This document shows positions 51,416 to 60,658 of a stretch of 64,000 nucleotides of DNA, piece after piece. The DNA comes from Thainema sp. (lineage in GTDB: Bacteria > Cyanobacteriota > Cyanobacteriia > Phormidesmidales > Phormidesmidaceae). The stretch's first letter is position 1, and each line of letters opens with the position of its first letter. The notes under the pieces are model-generated. The model was given only the letters and a program-made list of their open reading frames with translations. It was not told the DNA's origin and made no database searches. Location: positions 63,073 through 127,072 of the forward strand of contig JBQLZK010000013.1 of the NCBI GenBank assembly GCA_052168235.1, read 5' to 3'. Made by a program: the position numbers and the translations under genes.

Positions 51416-51880
51416 TTACCAGGTTGAGTAGGGCACACGAGCCAAGTTGGAGTTGAAATAGCGTGGATCATGGGATACCTCCTCACCAATCCAGGCAGGC
51501 AGGTCAATGCTTTGCGCTTCATCTGTCAGTTCAACTTCTGCCAAAATCAGCCCTGCATTTGCTCCAGCAAATTCGTCCACTTCCCAGACCAGTCCATTGA
51601 TTGGAATTTTGTAGCGCGTTTTTTCAATCAGCGGCGGCTGACAGAGCGTTTGCAGCATTTCCTGGGCATCTGCCATCGGAATTTCATACTCAAACTCAGC
51701 CCGAGATATGCCTTTTACGCCGCTCTTAATCGTTAAGTAACCGCGATCGCAGATCACTCGCACCCGAACACTATGCTCGGCATTACTCACGATATAGCCC
51801 TGTTTATAAACTTCGCCCTGTACTCCTGCCCGCCATTCATCACTGCTGACCAGAAACTTGCGTTCGATTTCTTGAGGCAT
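51416..51880 (-). CDS. CYTH domain protein (triphosphate tunnel metalloenzyme)
   Basis: EIERKFLV, VRVR, LTIK, EFEYEIP, EKTRY, WEVDEF and AEVEL. Confidence 0.93.
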   Translation of the reverse strand: MPQEIERKFLVSSDEWRAGVQGEVYKQGYIVSNAEHSVRVRVICDRGYLTIKSGVKGISRAEFEYEIPMADAQEMLQTLCQPPLIEKTRYKIPINGLVWEVDEFAGANAGLILAEVELTDEAQSIDLPAWIGEEVSHDPRYFNSNLARVPYSTW

Positions 51881-52550
51881 GGGAAGTAAGGCTGTAAAGG
51901 TCTTGAGGCTGTAGAGGTTGTAAAAGCGGTAGCCGCATCAGTTAGGACTTGGGTAACCCCCAAAACGTTCAAACGTTTCGACGTTAGATTTTGCCAGTAT
52001 TTCAATTCAAATGGCAACGGCTATCAAAGCTATAAAAGTTGTAGAGAGAAATCAGACAGTTGGAATACAGTGGTCAATTTAGCACGATGTCGGGTTAAAG
52101 ATTAAGCGATTGGAGTGTGAAAAGAAACGGCCCACTCAGCGACGTTGGTGTGACGACCTTCGAATAGGTATTCGCTGTAATCGGCTAAATCATCTAAACC
52201 AATTATGCTCAACATGACTTCAGCAGCCAGCCAGACTGTTGTGCGAATGAGCAGAGCTTTCCAGGGGCGTTTCATCATGGGGCAATCCTCAGATTAAGCA
52301 ATGGGGCGGAGGGCGATTGATCAACGGGCTGTCAAGTCGTTACATCAAACGTTACAACCATTGAATCGAATACCCGCTTATTGGTTAATCCAGGGAGACA
52401 CGGAATCTTTTCTAACTTTTAATGGGGATCACGTAGAAAATGACTCAGGGGGGTTAGTTATACGGAGAAAGGGGTTAAGTTTTGTGAAGGAGGGTGGAGG
52501 GATGTAAAGGGCTTAGAGGCTATAGCACTCAGCACTGGAAAACTCAGCCC

Positions 52551-54185
52551 TCACACCTTCGCCAGAGTCTGTGGGAAATGGGTAAGGGCTTCGTTGAGGT
52601 GTTTTTGTAAAGTCGCATCTGGTAACGGACCTTTCAGGTGGCTCCAAGGCAGGACTTGAGCGGTTGACCACTGTTCATGCACATAGAACTCTAGTGGGGG
52701 AATGCTGCCGCGTAGCTGTTTGAAGGCGCGTTTGTAGCTGCCGACGGAATCGCCGTAGTGGCGAGCTAGTTCTAGCAGTTTGGACAAGCGACGATCGCCT
52801 CGGGAAATCAGGGCTTGGATAATTGACCAGTTGTAGCTTTCGGGGCGAAAGTCGATACCTTGCGATCGCAACTGTTTCTGTAATACTTTCAACCGCTTCT
52901 GAGCATCGGGATTGACGCCAAACCACTGGAAAGGAGTGTGAGCTTTGGGCACGAAGGTGCTGCACCCCAGGGTTAAACGTAGACCAGGAGCCGCTTTCTT
53001 TAAGGACAGCATTAGGTTGACGGTATCGTCGAGATCGTCAGCTTCTTCGCCGGGGATGCCGACCATGCCGTAGAGCTTCATGGCGCTGAGGCCACCCGCT
53101 TTGGCATTGATCGCAGCCTGCACGATGTCGTCAGTTGCCAGCTTTTTGTTGACGATTTGGCGCACTCGTTCCGAACCGCTTTCGATGGCAATCGTAATGG
53201 ACTTGGTGTGGTGATTGACCAACGTCCGGGTCAGCTGCTCGGTGACAGTATTGGTACGAACAGAGGCAATACTCAATCGCACATCGTCGTATTGCGGCTG
53301 GTTTAGGTAGTCCAGCAGTGCCTCAAATTCGGGATGCTGCGTAACCGATGCGCCCAGCAGTCCCAACCGATTGGTGACCGCTAATCCGCGTTCAATGGCT
53401 GGAATGAGTGACCCTTCAACGCTAGCGGTACGAAACGGCAGGGTTAGGTAGCTGGCGAGGCAAAAGCGGCACATTTCGGGACAGCTCCGCACCACTTCTA
53501 CCATGTAGATATTCTCCCAGGCCGCCTGTTCCGTAACGACAGTAGAGGCGGAAAGAACATTACCGCGATAGGTTTGCTTTTCAACAATGGCGGGAATATC
53601 AGCATCAATCGGCTGAATGTGCCGGATTGCGCCATCGGGGGCATGATAGTCCACCTGATACAAACTGGGCACGTAGATGCCGGGAACTTGAGCCAGGTGA
53701 CGGAGCTGGGCAGCGCGGCTTTGACCTCTGACCTGTTGATAGGCATCAATAAACTGATCCAGCAGGTTTTCACCGTCGCCCAGCAGAATCAAATCAAAGA
53801 AATCAGCAAAGGGTTCCGGATTAGCGGTGAGGACTGGGCCACCGCCAAAGACGAGGGGATGATCGGCAGTGCGATCGCAGGCACGAATGGGAATTTGGAG
53901 CGCTTCAAGCTGGTTCAAAATATTGACGTAGTCCAGTTCCCAGGAGACAGAAAACCCCAGCAGTTCTGGCTTAGTCGGCAGCGGCTCCTGAATATCAGTA
54001 AACAGACGGCTAACCTGTAAATCGGCCCGCTGCGCCAGGGTTGCCCACACGACCTGATAGCCCAAACTGGTAATGCCAATGGTGTAGTCATTGGGAAAGG
54101 CAAAAATCAGCGGCACTGCCCCATCATGCGGCGTGGCAGGCGTAAACAGCAATCGTTCAGCAGCAAAAGAATCAGACAAGGTCAA
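52551..54185 (-). CDS. B12-binding-domain radical SAM protein
   Basis: CxxxCxxC in EVVRSCPEMCRFC, plus GGPVLTANPEP and FVPKAHTPFQW. Confidence 0.92.
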   Translation of the reverse strand: MTLSDSFAAERLLFTPATPHDGAVPLIFAFPNDYTIGITSLGYQVVWATLAQRADLQVSRLFTDIQEPLPTKPELLGFSVSWELDYVNILNQLEALQIPIRACDRTADHPLVFGGGPVLTANPEPFADFFDLILLGDGENLLDQFIDAYQQVRGQSRAAQLRHLAQVPGIYVPSLYQVDYHAPDGAIRHIQPIDADIPAIVEKQTYRGNVLSASTVVTEQAAWENIYMVEVVRSCPEMCRFCLASYLTLPFRTASVEGSLIPAIERGLAVTNRLGLLGASVTQHPEFEALLDYLNQPQYDDVRLSIASVRTNTVTEQLTRTLVNHHTKSITIAIESGSERVRQIVNKKLATDDIVQAAINAKAGGLSAMKLYGMVGIPGEEADDLDDTVNLMLSLKKAAPGLRLTLGCSTFVPKAHTPFQWFGVNPDAQKRLKVLQKQLRSQGIDFRPESYNWSIIQALISRGDRRLSKLLELARHYGDSVGSYKRAFKQLRGSIPPLEFYVHEQWSTAQVLPWSHLKGPLPDATLQKHLNEALTHFPQTLAKV

Positions 54186-54338
54186 ACCGATTAAATCTCA
54201 TCTCTTTCATCCTGACACATCGAGCCTGATCCCAGGTTTATGAATTAGCGCTACATGATGAAGGTCAATTCTGAGGGCTGGGTGCTGAGGGCTGAGTACG
54301 AAGTACTGAATATTTTGCAGCCATAGTCTAGTGGTTTG

Positions 54339-55931
54339 TCAACGTTGTTTGGGTGGGTTTTGATGGTTGTCGGTAGTCAGACCTCGTAGCAGAGCCTGGG
54401 CTTTTTGAGGTGAGTGCTGGGCGATGGATCGGGCAATTGCTTCCACAGCGTCTATATCTAATGCATTGATCTGTTGAATGACGGTTTGGCCAATACTGTT
54501 ACTGTCATTGGGACAAAGCGGCTCAGCTTGGTTTGGCTCAGGGACAAGTTGAAGATGTTGCGACTGTGACAACGAGTGTGGCGATGAGGGCGGAGGAGGA
54601 CTGGAGTGAAGCGTTTGCAGCGGTGCGATCGGTGCGATCGCAGATTTGCCTCCAGCTTGACTCTCGGATGTCGTCAGAGCCGGTAACTTGTTTCGCTCTT
54701 GCTCAATCCAAGCCTGATCGAACACCGCTCGATAAATCTGATTGCGCAAGCGTAAGCGACTATCGTGTTTTTCAACTAGCCCAGTCAGCATCAGTTCTAG
54801 CTGAAGCTCGATCTGAATCGGATACTGATCGGTGGAAACATCACCCTGGAGCCAAATTTGCTCATACAGATCCAGCAAGAGCTGTGTATGCGGCGACCTG
54901 TGCAGCAGCCGATTGCGAATCGTGCGTAAATGTTCAGGGTTATCCTGCATTTCCCAATTGGCAACAATGCGGGACTGCACCACCGTATCAACCTGCACGG
55001 CAATATCGCTGTGGTGAGCCAGTGCTTCTTGCACCAGCTGATCCAAAAACGGGTTAGGAGGTTGTGATTTGCTGGCTGTTGCAGGGTGGCGAGAAATTGG
55101 CAGCGATCGCACCTGGGCTTGATGCTGTTCGACCATGCACTGGCACAGCTTTTGGGTGAGAAAGGGCTGTCCTCCAGTCCATTTGAGAATTTCTTTCAGG
55201 GCCAGATGGGGGGTAGGCACAATTCCCGCCAGCCCATAGGTTAAAGGCTTTACCTCATCCGGCTGAAACCCAGTCAGTGCGATCGCACGTCCAATGTTGA
55301 ACGGAGTGCGGCTGTGGTCTTGAATCAAATCGGACGGCGTGGTCACGCCAAAGAGGGCAAAGGTCAATCGGCGATAGTCTGGCTGCTCGGCTCGCTGGTT
55401 GTAGCAGTAGCGAATCCAGGCGAAGAAATCATCAACCGAGAAATCTAATCCCAGTACGCTATCAATTTCATCGATAAAAATGACCAAATTGGCCGGAATA
55501 TAAGCCAAAATCACCGTTTCAATAAAATGGCTTAGCTGCTGCACCGCTGACAGATCAGCTTGTTCCCGCAGCCATGCCCGCAGATTCACCCGTCCCATTA
55601 GGCCCAGTGTCCGCCACAGCTCCGAAATTAGCCCTCGGTACCACTGTTCGGGCGTCAGGTTTTGGCTACCCAACTGGGTCAAATCAATCGCGGCACAGCA
55701 GTAGCCAGACTGCTGAAGCCGATGGCGCACTCGTACACGCAGCGAAGATTTGCCCATCTGGCGCGAGTTAAATACATAGCAAAATTGGCCCTGACGGAGT
55801 GCATGATACAGCTCTGTGTCGGCGCGGCGCACCACATAGCATGGATCGTCGCAGCTGAGGCTACCCCCCACTTGATAAGCATAACGGGGTTGATTCATTC
55901 CGTTGGTCGCGATCGCAGGTTGGCTATCCAT
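54339..55931 (-). CDS. AAA-like domain (AAA_35, STAND-related) protein
   Basis: YQVGGSL, YVVRRAD, NSRQMGKSSL, IFIDEID, TPFNIG and WTGGQPFLTQKLC. Confidence 0.88.
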   Translation of the reverse strand: MDSQPAIATNGMNQPRYAYQVGGSLSCDDPCYVVRRADTELYHALRQGQFCYVFNSRQMGKSSLRVRVRHRLQQSGYCCAAIDLTQLGSQNLTPEQWYRGLISELWRTLGLMGRVNLRAWLREQADLSAVQQLSHFIETVILAYIPANLVIFIDEIDSVLGLDFSVDDFFAWIRYCYNQRAEQPDYRRLTFALFGVTTPSDLIQDHSRTPFNIGRAIALTGFQPDEVKPLTYGLAGIVPTPHLALKEILKWTGGQPFLTQKLCQCMVEQHQAQVRSLPISRHPATASKSQPPNPFLDQLVQEALAHHSDIAVQVDTVVQSRIVANWEMQDNPEHLRTIRNRLLHRSPHTQLLLDLYEQIWLQGDVSTDQYPIQIELQLELMLTGLVEKHDSRLRLRNQIYRAVFDQAWIEQERNKLPALTTSESQAGGKSAIAPIAPLQTLHSSPPPPSSPHSLSQSQHLQLVPEPNQAEPLCPNDSNSIGQTVIQQINALDIDAVEAIARSIAQHSPQKAQALLRGLTTDNHQNPPKQR

Positions 55932-56081
55932 GCTGCTCGACGGTGTAGGGTGTGTTTATTCTGCTATGGCAATTCTAAAAGAGTTGTAAGAAGTACGGCG
56001 AGGATCAGTCTTTAGATCACAATTCTTTTTACAAATTATTTTGAATCACCATCGGCATGTTGGCAGGCACAAACTAAAACC

Positions 56082-56112
56082 TCAAAACCGGGGGAGTGCC
56101 CCGGTTTTGAGA
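56082..56112. terminator. Hairpin between the two AAA_35 genes
   Basis: TCAAAACCGGGG-AGTG-CCCCGGTTTTGA. Confidence 0.5.
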
Positions 56113-56122
56113 TCCAATTCAT

Positions 56123-57598
56123 TTACATGCCGCTACTGAGTTGAGCATAAAAATATAAGCGATACAATGTGCAACTTGCTTGCACCCCTTCTGAGTCCAA
56201 TTTAATCAATCCCATACTCTCTAGCTTGTAAATTGCAATGGGATCAATTCCGCTGCGATCGCACGTTTTCACCAGTTGTTTAACCGCTTGCATCAGGTCT
56301 GGATGGTGCTGCAATGTTAACCAATGCTGTCGCAAGTGATGGTAGTAGATGCCTTGCTGTGTGGGAGCCGCTTGCAACAGCTCATCTAAGCGTTGAGCCA
56401 AATCGGATGGAGCTAATCCGGATGGAGCTAATCCATTGCTTGAACCAGTATTCGGATGGGAACCAGCATCTGAACTCGGATCAAGGCCAGCGGCTGGGCT
56501 GGGCTGTGATTGGCTAAGGTGATAGAGCGCTAGCCGCACCAAATACGGATGTCCGCCTATCATCGCCATCAGCGATTGAGTCAGCCCAGGATGCCACTCG
56601 CTTAATCCATGTTGCTGTGCCAAGTGATCCACTTGCTCAGGCGTAAATTCCGGAAGCCGCACCGACAAGCCCACATTAAATGGCGATTGATGAATATCCA
56701 ACGGCACATAGATTTCAGTGGAGTAAACCACAAACATACGCAGTTTCTGCCAAATTTCCAGGTTTCTCGCTTCTTCATACCAAGAGCGCAGCAGCGGCAA
56801 AAAGCTTTTGGCGCTTTCTGGATATTCAAGCAGCCGATTGACTTCATCTAGCGCTAGGACAATTGGCGCGTCCGTTTGTGCCAGCACATAACCCTGCATA
56901 TAAATGGTGCTGCTGATGCTGCCGCCGAGCATGTCGTCCCAATAGTCCTCTAGGCGATGGGGTAATCCTAACTGCTGGGCAATATTGGCACAGCACCAGC
57001 GCATGAGCTGCTTGGGGTGGCCGAGACATAGCGCATCGGCTTGCTCAAAGTTGAGCCTGACGGTCTGCAATCCTTTCTGCTGGCAATAGGCTAAAACCCG
57101 ATTTTTGAGCGACGTTTTGCCCATGCGGCTCGGTGCTCGCAAACAGATGAGTGCTCCAGGTTGTTCAATCGCTTGATAGCAGGTTGCCTCAATCGGCGGT
57201 CGCTCAACATAAAACGGTGAGTTGAGCGGCACCGGGCCTTGAGGGAATTCAAGCGGCACGGCGGACTGGGGATTAAGGAGGTGCGATCGCACTGTATGAC
57301 GAGTCGCTTCAGCCACTGCGGAATCAGCGATCGTTCGCTCATCTATCTCAGCAGCCTGCTGCCGCAGCACAGAACGAAAATTACTTTTGGTGACTTTGAT
57401 CCCAAACGCTGCACTCAACAACTGCCAAAGCTGAAAACCTACGACGCGAATATAGTCATTGTCATAGCCAATTTGCAGCGCCATATCCTGATAGGTTTTG
57501 CTCTGCCAAGCTTGACGAAAAACCTCTTCTTGCAGGTCGCTCAAGCAATCTGGCTTTAGTGCTGCATCAATAATGGCAAGGGCTTCTTCAACCGTCAT
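56123..57598 (-). CDS. AAA-like domain (AAA_35) protein with N-terminal HTH-like domain
   Basis: N-terminal LSDLQ..V.R..W...TY..MA...GY...Y...VG..LW..LS...G.KVTKSNF, then FYVERPPIE, APSRMGKTS, LALDEVN, SPFNVG and GGHPYL. Confidence 0.88.
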   Translation of the reverse strand: MTVEEALAIIDAALKPDCLSDLQEEVFRQAWQSKTYQDMALQIGYDNDYIRVVGFQLWQLLSAAFGIKVTKSNFRSVLRQQAAEIDERTIADSAVAEATRHTVRSHLLNPQSAVPLEFPQGPVPLNSPFYVERPPIEATCYQAIEQPGALICLRAPSRMGKTSLKNRVLAYCQQKGLQTVRLNFEQADALCLGHPKQLMRWCCANIAQQLGLPHRLEDYWDDMLGGSISSTIYMQGYVLAQTDAPIVLALDEVNRLLEYPESAKSFLPLLRSWYEEARNLEIWQKLRMFVVYSTEIYVPLDIHQSPFNVGLSVRLPEFTPEQVDHLAQQHGLSEWHPGLTQSLMAMIGGHPYLVRLALYHLSQSQPSPAAGLDPSSDAGSHPNTGSSNGLAPSGLAPSDLAQRLDELLQAAPTQQGIYYHHLRQHWLTLQHHPDLMQAVKQLVKTCDRSGIDPIAIYKLESMGLIKLDSEGVQASCTLYRLYFYAQLSSGM

Positions 57599-57927
57599 TG
57601 CAACTGTTAACGATATCTATCTCGGCCTATTCTCCCATTTCTTTACGTTGTCACTTTGACTGATTTAATATCAGGAATCGTTAACTTTGTATGCGTAGCT
57701 CAACTGAATTCAGTTGACAGTGCGATCATGAAATTAGAGATATTTGGCTGCCACCAATGGAGGCTTTTCAGCAACTGGCGCGGCTTTAGCCCCATATCGA
57801 GCTTTTTTAGTGCTAACTTCTAGTGCTAATTTTCTGGTTCTACGAGTCAGCTTGAACAAAACCTCGTGTGAGCAAGATGTGAGTCTTTTGAACAAACGTT
57901 CGCATATTCAGACAGAAGGTGAGCCTT

Positions 57928-58137
57928 ATGTTCTTACTGCATCAACCCTCCAACAGCTTAGTTGAAGTTTTAGAACTCCAAGACCTTTGGAATCCTATAT
58001 CTAAACGGGTGACGGGTCGGTTCCACGCTGGAGAAGAATTGCAAGACCCAGAATTATTTACCAAGTCCCATCTCGTTTTTCCTTCCGGAGAATCACTGCC
58101 TCTGTGCTGGGTTGATGGTGACTACCGTAAACATTAG
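57928..58137 (+). CDS. Small cyanobacterial-type hypothetical protein
   Basis: MFL...LVEVL...LWNP...GRFHAGEELQDPE.F.K..LVFPSGESLPLCW. Its stop codon is the first TAG of the family A element. Confidence 0.8.
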   Translation: MFLLHQPSNSLVEVLELQDLWNPISKRVTGRFHAGEELQDPELFTKSHLVFPSGESLPLCWVDGDYRKH

Positions 58138-58224
58138 ACTTTATCGGAAATTGTTTTGCAGCGCGGTGGAGCCGCGCTGCAAAACAATTTCCAACCCCCA
58201 AAACTTTATTTCCAATAAAGTCTA
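58135..58224. mobile_element. 90-bp MITE-like element, family A, copy 3
   Basis: TAGACTTTATCGGAAATTGTTTTGCAGCGCGGT-GGA-GCCGCGCTGCAAAACAATTTCC...AATAAAGTCTA, ending 20 bp from the tRNA-Ala 3' end. Confidence 0.8.
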
Positions 58225-58244
58225 TTTAAATGGGTAATCGGAAA

Positions 58245-58317
58245 TGGAGAATAGGGGATTCGAACCCCTGACCTCTGCGGTGCGATCGCAGCGCTCTACC
58301 AGCTGAGCTAATTCCCC
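58245..58317 (-). tRNA. trnA: tRNA-Ala (anticodon CGC)
   Basis: The reverse complement is GGGGAATTAGCTCAGCTGGTAGAGCGCTGCGATCGCACCGCAGAGGTCAGGGGTTCGAATCCCCTATTCTCCA, with the G3:U70 Ala determinant and anticodon CGC. Confidence 0.96.
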
Positions 58318-58731
58318 ATGTGAGTGAATTTTACCGCAAGTTTCGCCGCTGTGGTTACGCCTGCCATCGGCTAGAAACAAGTGCAGACCGTAGAAACGGG
58401 AGCGAGCCAAACAAGCGCGAACAGTTCAACCGATTTGGGCGATATCCGAGTGGCAGGATTGGAGTTGATCTCACTAAAATTAGACAATAAGCGGCGTAAA
58501 TCGGCTGATTCCGTCATCTAGGCCAGATCACTGATTGAAGACCGATTTTTAGATCATTTTGGGGTTCACCAGAAGATCTGGCTGATGATAGACCCAAATC
58601 AGCCACGCAACGTACAGCAAGGATGATTTGGCAGACACATCTTCTCCCAAAAAATAAGAGTGTGATGTGTTTGACATGGCCGAAATACGGCAGATTTAAA
58701 ATCCAGAAATCCAAAAGTCAAGGGGGAAAGC

Positions 58732-59067
58732 TTGTCTGTGCGTCTTCGTCGCGCCATTACAATTGCAGTTGGTTTATCCGTCGCAACATTCGCGGGTGGA
58801 TTCTTCGTCACGCAGCACGCGTTGCGGATGAGCGGCGTCCGCATCAACTTGGTGACAATGGATTACGAAGTAGAGCCAGAACGCCTAGCCCCATCTCAAA
58901 TTGATCAGTTTGATTTATCTCCAGGGCTGAATAGCGTACCGCTCCAACTGGCGATTCAGCAAAATCGCCGTTTACAGGCCCATGTGAACACTCGCAATCT
59001 GGCTTACTTGGGGGCAACTCCTGCCTCAAAATCCTCGCTAGAATCATTGGAGCCATTTGTGCAATAA
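58732..59067 (+). CDS. Hypothetical protein with N-terminal TM
   Basis: Purine-rich RBS-like GGGGGAAAG, and a basic then hydrophobic N-terminus. Confidence 0.55.
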   Translation: MSVRLRRAITIAVGLSVATFAGGFFVTQHALRMSGVRINLVTMDYEVEPERLAPSQIDQFDLSPGLNSVPLQLAIQQNRRLQAHVNTRNLAYLGATPASKSSLESLEPFVQ

Positions 59068-59165
59068 GTCTTGCAAAGCAAAAATCACAATTTGGCGTGA
59101 GAGTTACTTATTTCGGATCAAGAAATGAGTAAGATGAGGCTTGCGTCAAGATTGCAAAGTTGAGT

Positions 59166-60593
59166 ATGTACGAAAAAATCACTCCTCCAACTACTGGAGA
59201 AAAAATCACCTTTAAAAACGGTGAACCCGTTGTGCCCGACAATCCGATTATTCCCTTTATTCGGGGTGATGGGACAGGCGTTGATATTTGGCCTGCATCT
59301 CAAAAAGTCTTTGATGCAGCCGTCAAAAAAGCCTATGGTGGTCAGCGAGAAGTCGTTTGGTTTAAGGTCTATGCCGGCGACGAAGCCTGTGATGTGTACG
59401 GGACGTTTCAGTATTTACCCGAAGATACGCTGAAGGCGATTCAGGAATATGGCGTTGCGATTAAAGGGCCACTGACGACTCCGGTTGGCGGCGGTATCCG
59501 ATCGCTCAATGTAGCGCTGCGACAAATCAACGACCTCTATGCCTGTGTTCGTCCCTGTCGCTATTATCCCGGTACACCATCTCCTCATAAGAGTCCAGAC
59601 AAGCTAGATGTCATTGTTTACCGAGAAAATACCGAAGATATTTATCTAGGGATTGAGTGGAAGCAAGGAACTGAAATTTGCGATCGCATCATCAAAGCCC
59701 TTAATACAGACTATATTCCCAGCACGCCTGAACATGGTAAAAAGCAGATCCCGCTGGATTCTGGCATTGGCATCAAGCCAATTAGCAAAACCGGATCGCA
59801 GCGACTAGTGCGGCGGGCTATTAAGCATGCCCTACGACTGCCTAAAGCGAAGCAGCAGGTGACGCTGGTGCACAAGGGCAACATCATGAAATATACTGAA
59901 GGCGCATTTCGGGACTGGGGCTATGAACTGGCACAGACCGAGTTTCGCGACGAGTGCGTGACAGAGCGGGAATCCTGGATTCTCAGCAATAAGGAAGCCA
60001 ATCCCGACATTTCCATTGAGGACAACGCCCGCAAGGTTGAGCCAGGCTATGATTCCCTGACGCCCGGTAAGCGAGAGGAAATCTGTGCCGAGGTCAAGGC
60101 TACGCTTGAAGCAATTTGGGATAGCCACGGCAACGGCCAGTGGAAAGACAAAATTATGGTCAATGACCGGATTGCCGACAGCATTTTCCAGCAGATTCAA
60201 ACTCGTCCGGATGAGTATTCCATCCTGGCCACGATGAACCTAAATGGAGACTACCTTTCCGATGCCGCAGCGGCAATTGTCGGCGGCCTGGGCATGGGGC
60301 CAGGGGCGAACATCGGCGACACCTGCGCCATCTTTGAAGCCACACACGGTACGGCACCCAAGCACGCCGGACTCGACCGGATTAACCCCGGTTCAGTCAT
60401 CCTGTCAGGAGCCATGATGTTTGAATATATGGGCTGGCAGGAAGTAGCGGATCTCATTCGCAAGGGTATTGGTGGTGCGATCGCAAATCAGGAAGTCACC
60501 TACGACCTAGCTCGGATGATGACACCACCCGTCGAGCCACCGCTGAAATGCTCCGAGTTTGCAGACGCGATCATCAAGCATTTCGACGATTAG
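59166..60593 (+). CDS. icd: NADP-dependent isocitrate dehydrogenase
   Basis: [53 protein letters not shown] and [12 protein letters not shown]. Confidence 0.98.
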   Translation: MYEKITPPTTGEKITFKNGEPVVPDNPIIPFIRGDGTGVDIWPASQKVFDAAVKKAYGGQREVVWFKVYAGDEACDVYGTFQYLPEDTLKAIQEYGVAIKGPLTTPVGGGIRSLNVALRQINDLYACVRPCRYYPGTPSPHKSPDKLDVIVYRENTEDIYLGIEWKQGTEICDRIIKALNTDYIPSTPEHGKKQIPLDSGIGIKPISKTGSQRLVRRAIKHALRLPKAKQQVTLVHKGNIMKYTEGAFRDWGYELAQTEFRDECVTERESWILSNKEANPDISIEDNARKVEPGYDSLTPGKREEICAEVKATLEAIWDSHGNGQWKDKIMVNDRIADSIFQQIQTRPDEYSILATMNLNGDYLSDAAAAIVGGLGMGPGANIGDTCAIFEATHGTAPKHAGLDRINPGSVILSGAMMFEYMGWQEVADLIRKGIGGAIANQEVTYDLARMMTPPVEPPLKCSEFADAIIKHFDD

Positions 60594-60634
60594 GGTTTCC
60601 CGCATGTTATCCAACAGGTAATCAGAATCGCCAG

Positions 60635-60658
60635 AGGACGGGCTTTCCCGTCCTTTTT
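60635..60658 (+). terminator. Intrinsic terminator of icd
   Basis: AGGACGGG-CTTT-CCCGTCCT-TTTT. Confidence 0.75.

Noticed and set aside
51858..51915. Glutamine-riboswitch-like words CGTTC...GGAAGTAAG
   Set aside because: The match overlaps the CYTH start antisense and lacks the closing GAAGGAACG segment and stems.
58278..58293. HIP1 inside the tRNA-Ala(CGC) anticodon arm
   Set aside because: It follows from the CGC anticodon and the stem sequence, with no evidence of an extra function.
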